64,000 nucleotides of DNA from the NCBI GenBank assembly GCA_963822965.1, contig CAWGJT010000005.1, forward strand, positions 1,536,001-1,600,000, in the 5' to 3' direction. Numbering within the stretch: the stretch's first letter is position 1; each line of letters opens with the position of its first letter. Below, one piece after another: positions 49,817 to 59,091 of the stretch. The translations under genes were made by a program, and so were the position numbers. The notes beneath the pieces are model-generated. The model did not search any database. It was not told the origin of the DNA and worked only from the letters and a program-made list of their open reading frames with translations. The DNA is from an uncultured delta proteobacterium (GTDB lineage: Bacteria; Myxococcota_A; UBA9160; UBA4427).

Positions 49817-50233
49817 ATGAACAGGACGATCGGATCCCTCTCGATCATCGCAGCATTCGTCGCAGGAACGATGGCCGCCGGGGCGGTGGTTTCCGCCTCC
49901 CAAGGGGTGCCCTTCAAGAGCGTCTGGAGTGCAATCTCCCAGCTGGAGCAGGAGACCGACGACCTGAGCGCGAGCCAGATCCTCGGCTTCTACCAGGTCG
50001 ACGACAGCTTCTCCGGCAACGGCGGCCTTCTCAGCCTCTCGCCCCGATGCGATCCGGGAGACGTGGTCGTGGGTGGCGGTGCGAGCAACAGCGCGGGAGT
50101 CGGCTCGGTGCAGGTGAGCGTGCCACGCCAGGATCAGGAAGGCTGGCTGGCCGCCTGGCGAGCCTCCGACCCCGAGGTCTTCTACAACTGCCGTGCGGTC
50201 TGCGCGGACTACGACCCGCCGCACATGCCCTGA
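49817..50233 (+). CDS. Small secreted hypothetical protein
   Basis: Signal peptide; CDPGDVVVGGG ... AVC pattern typical of disulfide-closed beta domains. Confidence 0.65.
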   Translation: MNRTIGSLSIIAAFVAGTMAAGAVVSASQGVPFKSVWSAISQLEQETDDLSASQILGFYQVDDSFSGNGGLLSLSPRCDPGDVVVGGGASNSAGVGSVQVSVPRQDQEGWLAAWRASDPEVFYNCRAVCADYDPPHMP

Positions 50234-50441
50234 GCTTCTCGAGGCTTCGATCGGTCGCGCTCCCACCGGGTGACACCAGCGGCTTGGCTCGCCGCCGAAG
50301 CACGCCGCGTCGTGGTGCTTCGGAGCGACCTACCGGCGTGTCGGTCGGACGAGCTCGCATCACCGACTCCCGACTTCGTGGCCTTTAGCTTGTCTCGCGA
50401 GACGCTATGGTTGCGATCGTAGCAGCGATCGCAACGGAGAC

Positions 50442-51118
50442 GTGATGCTCGAGCTCTTCCCCGGTCTACTTCTCCAGAGCGTGACCACCGGGCTCGCCAT
50501 CCTGCTGGCCGGCTTGCTGCTGATTCGCCCGCGGTGGAGCTCGCAGCCCCTGGGCCTCGTATTCGCCAGCGTGGTGATCGTTGCGCTCCCAGCACTCCTG
50601 CTCTGGATGGGTGCGAGCGAGCACGTCCATCACTCCAAGGAGACCGTGTTCTGCCTCTCCTGCCACTCCATGCAGCCCTACGGTCACAGCCTCGAAGAGC
50701 CCGATCAGGGGCTTCTCGCCGCACAGCACTTCGCCGATGGCCTCGTTCCCCGCGACCAGGCCTGCTACGCGTGCCATACGGAGTACACGATGTTCGGGGG
50801 TCTGCGCGCCAAGCTCAAGGGCTGCAGCACATGTGGTACGCGTACGCCAGTGAGCCACCGGACCCGATCGAGCTCTACCAGCCCTACGAAAATCGTGAGT
50901 GCCTCCATTGCCACGAGAACGCGCGCTCGTTCCTGCAGCACGCGGCGCACCAACCCGTCATGCAGAAGCTGACGAGCGGCGAGGTTTCCTGCCTGCTCTG
51001 CCACGGCCGCGTCCACGAGGTGAAGCCGGGCGCGGTGCGGGAGGCCGTGACCGGCGAGCGCCAGTTCAGCCTTCCGGTGGAAGTCGAGCAGCAGAGGGGA
51101 GCGAGATGGCTGCACTGA
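50442..51118 (+). CDS. Membrane-anchored tetraheme cytochrome c (NapC/NirT-like), frameshift near 50820
   Basis: Two TM helices, then CLSCH(SM) and CYACH; in the shifted frame CLHCH and CLLCH. Confidence 0.82.
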
Positions 51119-51312
51119 GGAAGCTCCGCATCGGAATCGCGATTCTGGTCGCGGGAGAGAGCGTCGCGCTCGTGACCCAGGCGTGGCACGGGCCGCTGGC
51201 CTTCATCTCCTTCGCCGTATTCGGCGTGGGACTCGTCGCGCTGGGCATGGTCGTCGCGATCTGGGGAGCGATCCAATACGCGGCAGCCGAGACCCGAGTG
51301 AAGGAGCCGTGA
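51106..51312 (+). CDS. Small 2-TM membrane protein
   Basis: Hydrophobic ORF with W-H-x-P, overlapping the cytochrome stop. Confidence 0.6.
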   Translation: MAALRKLRIGIAILVAGESVALVTQAWHGPLAFISFAVFGVGLVALGMVVAIWGAIQYAAAETRVKEP

Positions 51313-51348
51313 ACGGACCGGATCGCCTTCCACCCGTCGGGAACCAGC

Positions 51349-52263
51349 ATGCAGCCGCGCATTCGAGAGGGCATCTGGCGACTCGCAGATCCCAAGATCA
51401 GCGTCACCTCCGCAGCAGCCATGATGGTGGGCGCTCCGGTGGCCGCACGGGATGCCGACCTCAGCGTGCTCTGGCTCGGGGTCACGATCCTCGCCCTCTT
51501 CTGCATGGAGGTCGCCAAGAACGCGTGGGGCGACGTGATCGACTACGACTCCGGCACGGACCTCGCCGTGGCGCCGGAAGACCGGACGAGCTTCTCCGGA
51601 GGCAAACGGGTGATGGTCGATGAGCTGCTCACCCGTCGCGAGACCTGGGCGGTCGCGTTCATCTTCGGCGGCCTCGGCGTGGCCCTGGGAGGCGCGATCG
51701 TCCTGCTGCAGGCGCCGCAGGCGGCGTGGATCGGCCTCGTGGGCCTCGCTCTCGGATGGTCCTACCACGGCCCCCCGCTGCGTCTCGCCTATCGGGGGCT
51801 GGGCGAGCTCGACGTGATCCTCTGCTACGGGCCGCTGATCTCGCTGTCCACCTACGTGATCCAGACCAACCGATACGAGTGGGACGTGGTCTGGCTCTCG
51901 CTTCCTCTGGGCCTCCTCATCATGGCCTTCCTGTGGGTCAACGAGTTTCCCGATCACGACGCCGACGAGGCCCACGGGAAGAACAACCTGGTCGTCAAAG
52001 TGGGCAAGCACACCGCCAGTCGACTCCTTCCCGTGATCTATGCCGCCGCCTTCGCTCTGCTCGCCGTCCTGCCCCTGGCAACCTCCCTGCCCGAAACGGT
52101 CCTGCTCGGGTGGATCGCGATACCGAGCGCCGTGACGGCATGCTTCTGGACCTGGCGGAACCCGGAGTCCTTCTATCGGGGGAAGGCCGTGCAGCCCATG
52201 GCGCTGCTCACCTTCGTCCTGTACTCGCTGGGTGCGGGCGGCGGTGTCCTGCTCTCCCTCTAG
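51349..52263 (+). CDS. UbiA-family prenyltransferase, MenA-like
   Basis: N..GDVIDYDSGTD, Y..PPLRLAYRGLGE, VNEFPD..D...GK.NLVV. Confidence 0.85.
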   Translation: MQPRIREGIWRLADPKISVTSAAAMMVGAPVAARDADLSVLWLGVTILALFCMEVAKNAWGDVIDYDSGTDLAVAPEDRTSFSGGKRVMVDELLTRRETWAVAFIFGGLGVALGGAIVLLQAPQAAWIGLVGLALGWSYHGPPLRLAYRGLGELDVILCYGPLISLSTYVIQTNRYEWDVVWLSLPLGLLIMAFLWVNEFPDHDADEAHGKNNLVVKVGKHTASRLLPVIYAAAFALLAVLPLATSLPETVLLGWIAIPSAVTACFWTWRNPESFYRGKAVQPMALLTFVLYSLGAGGGVLLSL

Positions 52264-52428
52264 AGGCCCGACCGAAACGTGCGACCTGCATTCGAGCGCC
52301 CCTGCGACGCCCTGCCTGCGTTCCGCTCCCATCCCCGTAGCTTCGGCTACGCCTCGGTCGCGCGCCTTGCCAGGACGCCGCAGATGACGCTCTCGGTGCC
52401 GCGGTACACCTTCCGGCCGGGCCTCTAG
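52260..52428. mobile_element. MITE-like/palindromic non-coding element (169 bp)
   Basis: Imperfect terminal inverted repeats CTAGAGGCCCGACCGAAACGTG / CACCTTCCGGCCGGGCCTCTAG, nested internal stems, GTAGC-TTCG-GCTAC apex. Confidence 0.65.
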
Positions 52429-52434
52429 CGTCCC

Positions 52435-53103
52435 ATGACCCGGACGCTCGCCCGCGCTCTCGACCTGGCCGTCGCCGGCCTGCTCGCGGTGCTGACGGCG
52501 CCGGCGCTGGCGCTGCTCGGCCTGGAAGTCCTCATCGCCAGCGGCCCGCCCGTGCTGCACCGCGAGATGCGCCTGGGGCGGTTCGGACGCCACTTCGAGC
52601 TCATCAAGCTGCGCACCCTACGGGCTGTGCCGGAGAACGCTTGCAGCATCGCCATCGAGGGCGATTCGAGGATCACCGGGATCGGTGGCTGGCTCCGGAG
52701 GTCCCGACTCGATGAGCTGCCGCAGCTGTACCTGGTCCTGACCGGAGAGATGAGCCTGGTGGGACCGCGGCCCCTGAAGCCCGAACACGCCGCATGCCTG
52801 CCGCCCGAGCTCCTCGCAGCTCTGCTGAGCGTGCGACCGGGCTTGACCGGCCCGGCGGCCATCGCGTTCCTGGCGGACGACGACGTACTCGGCGAGCGAC
52901 CGGAGGCCCGGGATCCGGCCAGAATCGAGTCGCTCTACCTGCGCAAGCTGCTGCCGGCGAAGGCTCGGCTCGACGCGGCGTATGTCGCCCATCGTACGCT
53001 CGGGAGCGACATCCTGGTCTTGTTTCGCACCCTTCGAGCCCTGGTCATGCCATCGCTGCGAGCTGCATCCCGCGCCCGGGTGGAGAATTTGCTGGGCAGC
53101 TGA
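52435..53103 (+). CDS. Bacterial sugar (phosphoglycosyl) transferase, monotopic type
   Basis: R.LDL, F.LIKLRT, D.RIT.IG.WLR..RLDELPQL..VL.GEMSLVGPRP, VRPGLTG. Confidence 0.9.
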   Translation: MTRTLARALDLAVAGLLAVLTAPALALLGLEVLIASGPPVLHREMRLGRFGRHFELIKLRTLRAVPENACSIAIEGDSRITGIGGWLRRSRLDELPQLYLVLTGEMSLVGPRPLKPEHAACLPPELLAALLSVRPGLTGPAAIAFLADDDVLGERPEARDPARIESLYLRKLLPAKARLDAAYVAHRTLGSDILVLFRTLRALVMPSLRAASRARVENLLGS

Positions 53104-53181
53104 AGTGCGAGCTGCGACGCTCCCTCGCTCCAACTTCGCCCGAACGCCCTATTCTCTTCCGGAGCTTCGCAGGAGACCGGC

Positions 53182-55198
53182 ATGGAGCCCACCGATCGCG
53201 TCCAGCTTCGACGCGTCCTCGAGCACGCCGATCTCCGGGTGCTGCTCATGGTGCTCTATCACCGGACGGGAGATCGCCGCTGGCTCGAGCCGCCGTATCG
53301 CCCCCAGCGAGACGTCCGGCTGATCGCGGACGAGGACGCGGGCCTCGCACCGGAGGTCCGCGACGCCATTCGCGATGCCGCCGTCGACATCCTCTCCGAG
53401 CCGAGCACCGAGCCCGCCTTCGTCGATCCCGGCGACGATCGCATGGTCGAGATGATGAGCGCGTGCCTCGGCGAGCAGGTGCCGGCCGATTACGCGCCCA
53501 TGATGCGCGAGGAGATGGGCTTCGCGTCCCGCGACGTGGCGTGGCGCGACGGACGGCCGCCCGCGGAAGCGGCCACCCGGCAGTTCCTGATCGTGGGCGC
53601 CGGCGTGAGCGGCATCGCGCTCGGTGCTCGCCTCGAACGCCTGGGCATCCCGTACACCATCGTCGAACGCCGGGCGCAGGTCGGCGGAACCTGGTACGAG
53701 AATCGGTATCCGGGCTGCGGCGTCGACACGCCGAATCACGCCTACTCGTTCTCGATGGGCAGGCGATATCCCTGGCGGCGCTACTTCTCGGCGCAGGACC
53801 AGCTCCTCGACTACATGATCCGCTCGGCCGACGAGTTCGGCGTGCGCCCTCGCATCCGATTCGAGACCTCCGTCACGAGCGCCACCTGGAACGAGGAACG
53901 CTCGTGCTGGGAGGTGAGTCTCGCGACGCCGGCAGGCGCAGAGCGAGTCTGCGCCGACTTTCTCGTCAGCGCCATCGGCCAGTTCGGCGAGCCCTGGATT
54001 CCCCCCATCGAAGGCGCGAGCCGATTCGCCGGACCGAGCTTCCACTCCACCGCCTGGCCGCAGGACCTCGATCTCACGGGGCGCCGGGTCGCGCTCATCG
54101 GGACCGGCGCGACGTCGATGCAGATCGCGCCCGCGATCGCAGACCTTGTCGAGTCCTTGACCATCTATCCAGCGGAGCCCGCAGTGGGCACGCCCGATCT
54201 CCCGCTACCACGACCCGATTCCCGACGAAGCCCAGTGGCTGCTGGCCGCGGTCCCCTTCTACGCCGAGTGGTTTCGCTTCACGATGCTCTGGCGCTACGG
54301 CGACGGGCTGCTTCGCTTCCTTCGCAAGGACCCCGCCTGGCGCCATCCGGAGCGCTCCGTCAACCGGATCAACGACCGGCACCGCCAGGAGATGACGGAC
54401 CACATCGTCGCCCAGCTGGGAGAACGGACCGATCTCCACGAGGCGTGCATCCCCACCTACCCGCCCTACGGCAAACGGATCCTCCTCGACAACGGCTGGT
54501 TCACGACCATCCAGTGGCCGAACGTCGAGCTGGTGACGGATCCGATCGACCGCATCGAAGAGAAGGGGGTCGTCACGACGAGCGGCGAAGAGCGGCCCGC
54601 GGACGTCGTCGTCTACGCGACGGGCTTTCGGATGACGCAGATGACGGCGCGGCTCGACCTGCACGGCAAGAACGGCGTCGACCTGCGCGACGCGTGGCGG
54701 GACGACGACCCGACGGCGTACCTGGGCATTTCCGTTCCGCGCTTTCCGAACCTCTTCCTGATGCTGGGTCCCAACACCGGCCTGGGCCATGGAGGCAGCG
54801 CGATCTTCCAGTCCGAGTGCCAGGCGCGCTACATCACGAGCCTCGCCGTCCAGATGATCGAGCGCGACATCCGCTCGGTGGACGTGAAACAGGCCGTTCA
54901 CGACGAGTACGTCGAGCGCGTCGACGCCGAGCACGAGCAGCTGATCTGGACGCACCCGGGCATGTCGACCTACTACCGGAACGCGCGCGGGCGCGTCTTC
55001 TCGGTGATGCCGTGGCGGCTCGTCGACTACTGGAAGATGACCCACGACGCCGAGCTCGACGACTACGAGTGCGACGGACGAGGAGCCACGGCGCCCCGAC
55101 CACGAGCGGCGGAGGGAGGCGACCGCGACGCGGATCCCGCCGCCCGTCGCGCACGGCGGGACAAGCGGGCCCCGCGTCCCAATCCGCCCAGGCGCTGA
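53182..55198 (+). CDS. Baeyer-Villiger-type flavin monooxygenase with an N-terminal extension, +1 frameshift near 54168
   Basis: IVGAGVSG, GGTW..NRYPG..VD, FHSTAWP, IGTGATSMQ; then PPYGKRILLDN, YATGF, FPNLF..GPN. Confidence 0.88.
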
Positions 55199-55232
55199 TT
55201 CCGCCGCGGGAACGCAGCCGCCCGTCGAGGCC

Positions 55233-55649
55233 TCAGTCGGACGACTTCAGCCTGTCCGCCACCCAGCCGGCCAGGGTCGCGTAGAGCCCTTCCATGGCCT
55301 GCCGGGCCGCCTCGGGGTCTCCCTTCGGCTCGTAGGTGCAGCTCCAGTCGAGCTCGCTGCCCGTGCCCTTCGGGCGCACGACCATCGTCGAGCGGTAGTC
55401 GCTGGCCGGAAAGGGAAGCTCGCCGGGAATCGTGTACACCAGCGTGCGCGTCTCGTGGTCGACGGACTCCAGGGTCTCGGGCAGGGTCATGGCGCCCGCG
55501 CCCACGTGCCGGATCATGCCGGGGCCCTCGCCCTCGACACGGCACTCGGTGCCCGCCGGCATCCAGCTCGTGTTCGCGAAATCCGAGACCAGGGCCCAGA
55601 CCTTCTCAACGGGCTGCTCGAGCTCCTTCTTGACACCGACCTTCGCCAT
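55233..55649 (-). CDS. SRPBCC (polyketide cyclase/START) family protein
   Basis: PVEKVWALVSDF...W.P, G.G.IR, E.L..D...R.L.Y. Confidence 0.85.
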   Translation of the reverse strand: MAKVGVKKELEQPVEKVWALVSDFANTSWMPAGTECRVEGEGPGMIRHVGAGAMTLPETLESVDHETRTLVYTIPGELPFPASDYRSTMVVRPKGTGSELDWSCTYEPKGDPEAARQAMEGLYATLAGWVADRLKSSD

Positions 55650-55735
55650 CTCGTCTCCTCGTCGTTTCTCTTGCGTTCCGCCCGGCGGATGCTCGACCGC
55701 TCCGCGCGCGCTGCTTCTTCGTTCGCCGACCCGGA

Positions 55736-56482
55736 TCAGACCAGCAGACCGCCGTCGGCGACGAACTCGGACCCCGTGCAGTAGCTCGATTCGTCCGAGA
55801 GGAGGAATAGCGCCAGCCGCGCGATCTCGATGGGCTGTCCGATGCGTCCGAGCGGGAGCTTGCCGTGCGGGCTCTCCGCGGAGGGCTCCCGGGTTCGACC
55901 GCCGAAGCTTCGGGACATCTCCGTGTCGACGCCACCCGGGTGAATCGAGTTCACCCGGATTCCGTGGGGCCCGAGTTCGAGGGCGGCCGTGCGCGTGAGA
56001 CCGCGGATGCCGAACTTGCTGGACACGTAGCCCACCGCCCTGGGAACCGCCTTGAAGCCCGCAGTCGAAGACACGTTCACGATCGAGCCGCCGCCGCCGT
56101 CGCGAAGCGCGCGGCCCACCGTCTGGACACCGAGGAAGCTGCCCACGAGATTCACGTCGATCACCCGCCGGTAGTCGTCGACGTCCATCTCGAGCAGCGG
56201 CCGGGCCACGAGAATGCCCGCGTTGTTGACCAGCCCGTCGACGCCGCCGAATCGATCGAGGGCGGCTTCCACGAACGCGCGCCACTCGTCGGGCTTCGTC
56301 ACGTCCAGGTGGCGGTAGAGCGCGGCTTCGCCGAGCGACGCGGCGACCGCCTCGCCTTCGGCGTCCAGCACGTCGCCGAGAACCACCTTCGCACCCTCTT
56401 CGACGAAGAGCCGTGCCTCGGCCTCTCCCTGGCCCCGAGCCGCACCGGTGACGAGAACGACCTTGTCTGCGAGTCTGCGCAT
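55736..56482 (-). CDS. SDR, 3-alpha(20-beta)-hydroxysteroid dehydrogenase-like
   Basis: TGAARGQG, NNAGI, YVSSK, IRVNSIHPG, TGSEFVADGG. Confidence 0.92.
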   Translation of the reverse strand: MRRLADKVVLVTGAARGQGEAEARLFVEEGAKVVLGDVLDAEGEAVAASLGEAALYRHLDVTKPDEWRAFVEAALDRFGGVDGLVNNAGILVARPLLEMDVDDYRRVIDVNLVGSFLGVQTVGRALRDGGGGSIVNVSSTAGFKAVPRAVGYVSSKFGIRGLTRTAALELGPHGIRVNSIHPGGVDTEMSRSFGGRTREPSAESPHGKLPLGRIGQPIEIARLALFLLSDESSYCTGSEFVADGGLLV

Positions 56483-56492
56483 CGTCCCTTAG

Positions 56493-56528
56493 GGATTCGG
56501 AGGCGGATTCAGAGGCGGATTCGGAAGC
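56493..56528. repeat. 12-bp tandem repeat x3
   Basis: GGATTCGGAGGC GGATTCAGAGGC GGATTCGGAAGC fills the gap between the RRM and SDR genes. Confidence 0.85.
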
Positions 56529-56798
56529 TCAGCGGCGGGGCGGTCCCGCTCCTCGCTCGCGGGCCTCGTTCACCCGCAGACTCCGCCGATCGAGCTCGAA
56601 GCCGTCGAGGGCGCGGATCGCGTTGTCCGCCGCGCCGCCATCCTCCATCTCCACGAAGCCGAAGCCTCGGGAGCGTCCCGTCTCCCGATCCATGATGACC
56701 TTGGCCGACGTCACCTTGCCGTGCTTGGCGAAGAGCTCCTCGAGCTGCTCGTCGGTGGCCGAGAACGGAAGATTCCCCACGTAGATCTTCTTGGGCAC
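56529..56798 (-). CDS. RRM (RNP-1) RNA-binding protein
   Basis: IYVGNL (RNP2), DRETGRSRGFGFVEM (RNP1), LRVNEAR. Confidence 0.95.
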   Translation of the reverse strand: MPKKIYVGNLPFSATDEQLEELFAKHGKVTSAKVIMDRETGRSRGFGFVEMEDGGAADNAIRALDGFELDRRSLRVNEARERGAGPPRR

Positions 56799-57057
56799 CT
56801 GCCAGTACCTCTCTCTACCTGCGCTGTCCGGGCCCGGTCGTCCCCGTGTCGGTCTCGCGCTGATCGGGGCTCCAGGGCGACCAGATGGCTCAGGGCTTCG
56901 GAGACTCGCCCTCCTCTCGAGGATCGAGCAAGGGCCGAGCCGCCCTGCGGCAACCCGGCCCAGAACCCTCGAATTCTACTGGAAACCCGAATGCAAAGGG
57001 GAATTCGCTCGCTCGGTCGGCGAGAGGCGGGTGGAGACGGCACCGGCCCGGCGGGCG

Positions 57058-57085
57058 CTCTCGCGGCCCTCGAGGGCCGCGAGAG
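57058..57085. terminator. 28-bp perfect palindrome downstream of the vWA-OmpA gene
   Basis: CTCTCGCGGCCCTCGAGGGCCGCGAGAG. Confidence 0.55.
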
Positions 57086-57143
57086 ATGCCCGGCCAGGCC
57101 TCCCGGCATCTGGCCGGAAGCCACGAGCCGGTCCGGGGACGGC

Positions 57144-58217
57144 CTACCGAACGATCTCGATCTCCGTGCGGCGATTGGCACGCCGGTGCACGTCGGTGTC
57201 GTTCGGCATCAGCGGCGCGTCGGGACCCACGCCCTCGATCTCGATCCGACCCGGCGCCACGCCCGCCTGGACGAGGGCGTCCCGGGTGGCCTGGGCCCGC
57301 CGCATGGAGAGCGCGCGGTTGTAGTCGGGGTTCCCCGAGCTGTCCGTGTGACCGCGGACCACCACCCGGGCGTCCGGACTCTGCTTCAGCTGCCGGGAGA
57401 CGTCGTCGATCTCGCTCTGGTACCGCGAGTCGACGCTCGAGCTGTCGAGACCGAACTGGATGGACCACGGTCCGCGGTCGCCCGGTGCGGCGACCGGGGG
57501 CGCCGCGCTGACCGCCGGCGGGGCCGGCCGCGACTTCAGGAACACCTGCCGGTGGAACGCGTGCAGCTGCGGCTCGCTGGCTGCGGCGCTGGCCGTGCGG
57601 AAGCTTCCGCAGGACGTCACCTCCGAGATGCTGCGCAGGAGCTGGGCACCGACCTCGCTGTCGCCCACCTGCACGGTATGGAAGCAGACGGTTCCGTCGT
57701 GGGCGCTGGCCACCTCGCGGGCGGCCTCGACCACTCGCTCGTCCTCGACGGCGCGCCCGAACTCGTCCGTGGCGAGCCCGTCGCTGAAGATGACCACCGC
57801 CGCCCGGCCTTTCTCGCTGGAGAGGGAATCCCGAGCCTCGCCCAGCACCTTGTGGATGGGCGTCCCCCCGCGCAGGTGCTCGAGCCGCGCGGCGTTGGCC
57901 TCGAGGGTCGAGCGATCCAGGGGCGAGAGCGGCGTCGTCTGCCGCTCGAAGCCGCCGAAGGCCACCGTCCCGGCCTCGTAGCGGCCGGCGGGCACCGAGG
58001 CCACGTAGGCCTCCACCAGGGCGCGCTCCTCGGGGAAGAGGCTCGAATCCGGCACCGAGCCAGACGCGTCGACGATGACCAGCAGCTGATCGAGGGCGAC
58101 CACCTCGTTGGCGCGGGGCTTCAGGGGAGCCGCTTCCACCTTGGCAACCTGGGGCTGGGGGGTCGCACAGGCGACGAGCCCCAGCAGCAGCACGGAGACG
58201 AGGGAAGTTCGGAGCAT
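57144..58217 (-). CDS. Lipoprotein with vWA and OmpA peptidoglycan-binding domains
   Basis: Lipobox LVAC; MIDAS DASGS...GGTP...IFSDG; GHTDSSG...N..LS.RRA, NRR.EI. Confidence 0.88.
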   Translation of the reverse strand: MLRTSLVSVLLLGLVACATPQPQVAKVEAAPLKPRANEVVALDQLLVIVDASGSVPDSSLFPEERALVEAYVASVPAGRYEAGTVAFGGFERQTTPLSPLDRSTLEANAARLEHLRGGTPIHKVLGEARDSLSSEKGRAAVVIFSDGLATDEFGRAVEDERVVEAAREVASAHDGTVCFHTVQVGDSEVGAQLLRSISEVTSCGSFRTASAAASEPQLHAFHRQVFLKSRPAPPAVSAAPPVAAPGDRGPWSIQFGLDSSSVDSRYQSEIDDVSRQLKQSPDARVVVRGHTDSSGNPDYNRALSMRRAQATRDALVQAGVAPGRIEIEGVGPDAPLMPNDTDVHRRANRRTEIEIVR

Positions 58218-58674
58218 CTTGATGGATCCTTTCTGACTGGTGGTCTGGCGGTGCATCCTCCGGCTCCGCTCGAAGCGGACGGGATGCCGCGGACCGCGGG
58301 GGGATGGGGGCGTACGGCGCGTGACCCTGCCGACGGACGCCTGCCTTCTGGCGTCCCCACGATGCTAGCCGACACATCGCAGCCGACACGTCGGGACGAC
58401 CCGCCGTTGCTCGCGGCAAGCGACCGGCGGGGGGAGGAGACCCGCGGTCACGCGAGGTCGCGAAGCCCCGCCGCCTCCTGGCGGCGGCCCATCGTTCCCG
58501 GGGGAGCGGCTCCCTGGGAATGCGGGACCCGGCCCGACCCGGACGACGAGGGGCGAGGAAGGGGGCGGGGTCCCGGTGGGGCGGGATAGTATCGCCCCTC
58601 GACCTCGCGCCCGATCCACGGTCCGGCTCCGAGCCGAAGGACGCGCCCCGTTCCCAACCGAGAGGAGAGCCCGC

Positions 58675-59058
58675 ATGGAGCTCGTCGTCATCGTCATCGC
58701 CCTGGCACTCATGGAGTACGTCTACATCGCCTTCCAGGTGGGCTCCGGGCGCACCAAGTACGGGGTGCCCGCCCCCGCCATCAGCGGCCACCCCACCTTC
58801 GAGCGGCTGTACCGCGTGCAGATGAACACCCTGGAGCAGCTGATCGTCTTCCTGCCCTCCATCTGGTTCTTCGGCGTGTACGTGAGCGCCGCCGTGGCCG
58901 CCGTGCTGGGCGTGGTCTTCATCGTCGGCCGGTTCATCTACCTGACGAGCTACGTGCAGGATCCCGAGAAGCGCAGCATGGGCTTCATGCTCACCTTCGG
59001 CCCCAACGTCATCCTGCTGATCGGCGCACTCATCGGGGCCGTCGTGCGGCTCCTGTAG
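58675..59058 (+). CDS. MAPEG family membrane protein
   Basis: V...R.KYGV.AP...G.P.FER..RVQMNTLEQ, GR..Y...Y. Confidence 0.9.
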   Translation: MELVVIVIALALMEYVYIAFQVGSGRTKYGVPAPAISGHPTFERLYRVQMNTLEQLIVFLPSIWFFGVYVSAAVAAVLGVVFIVGRFIYLTSYVQDPEKRSMGFMLTFGPNVILLIGALIGAVVRLL

Positions 59059-59091
59059 TCGCTCGAATCCCTCCGCGCGGTGGAGATCGGC

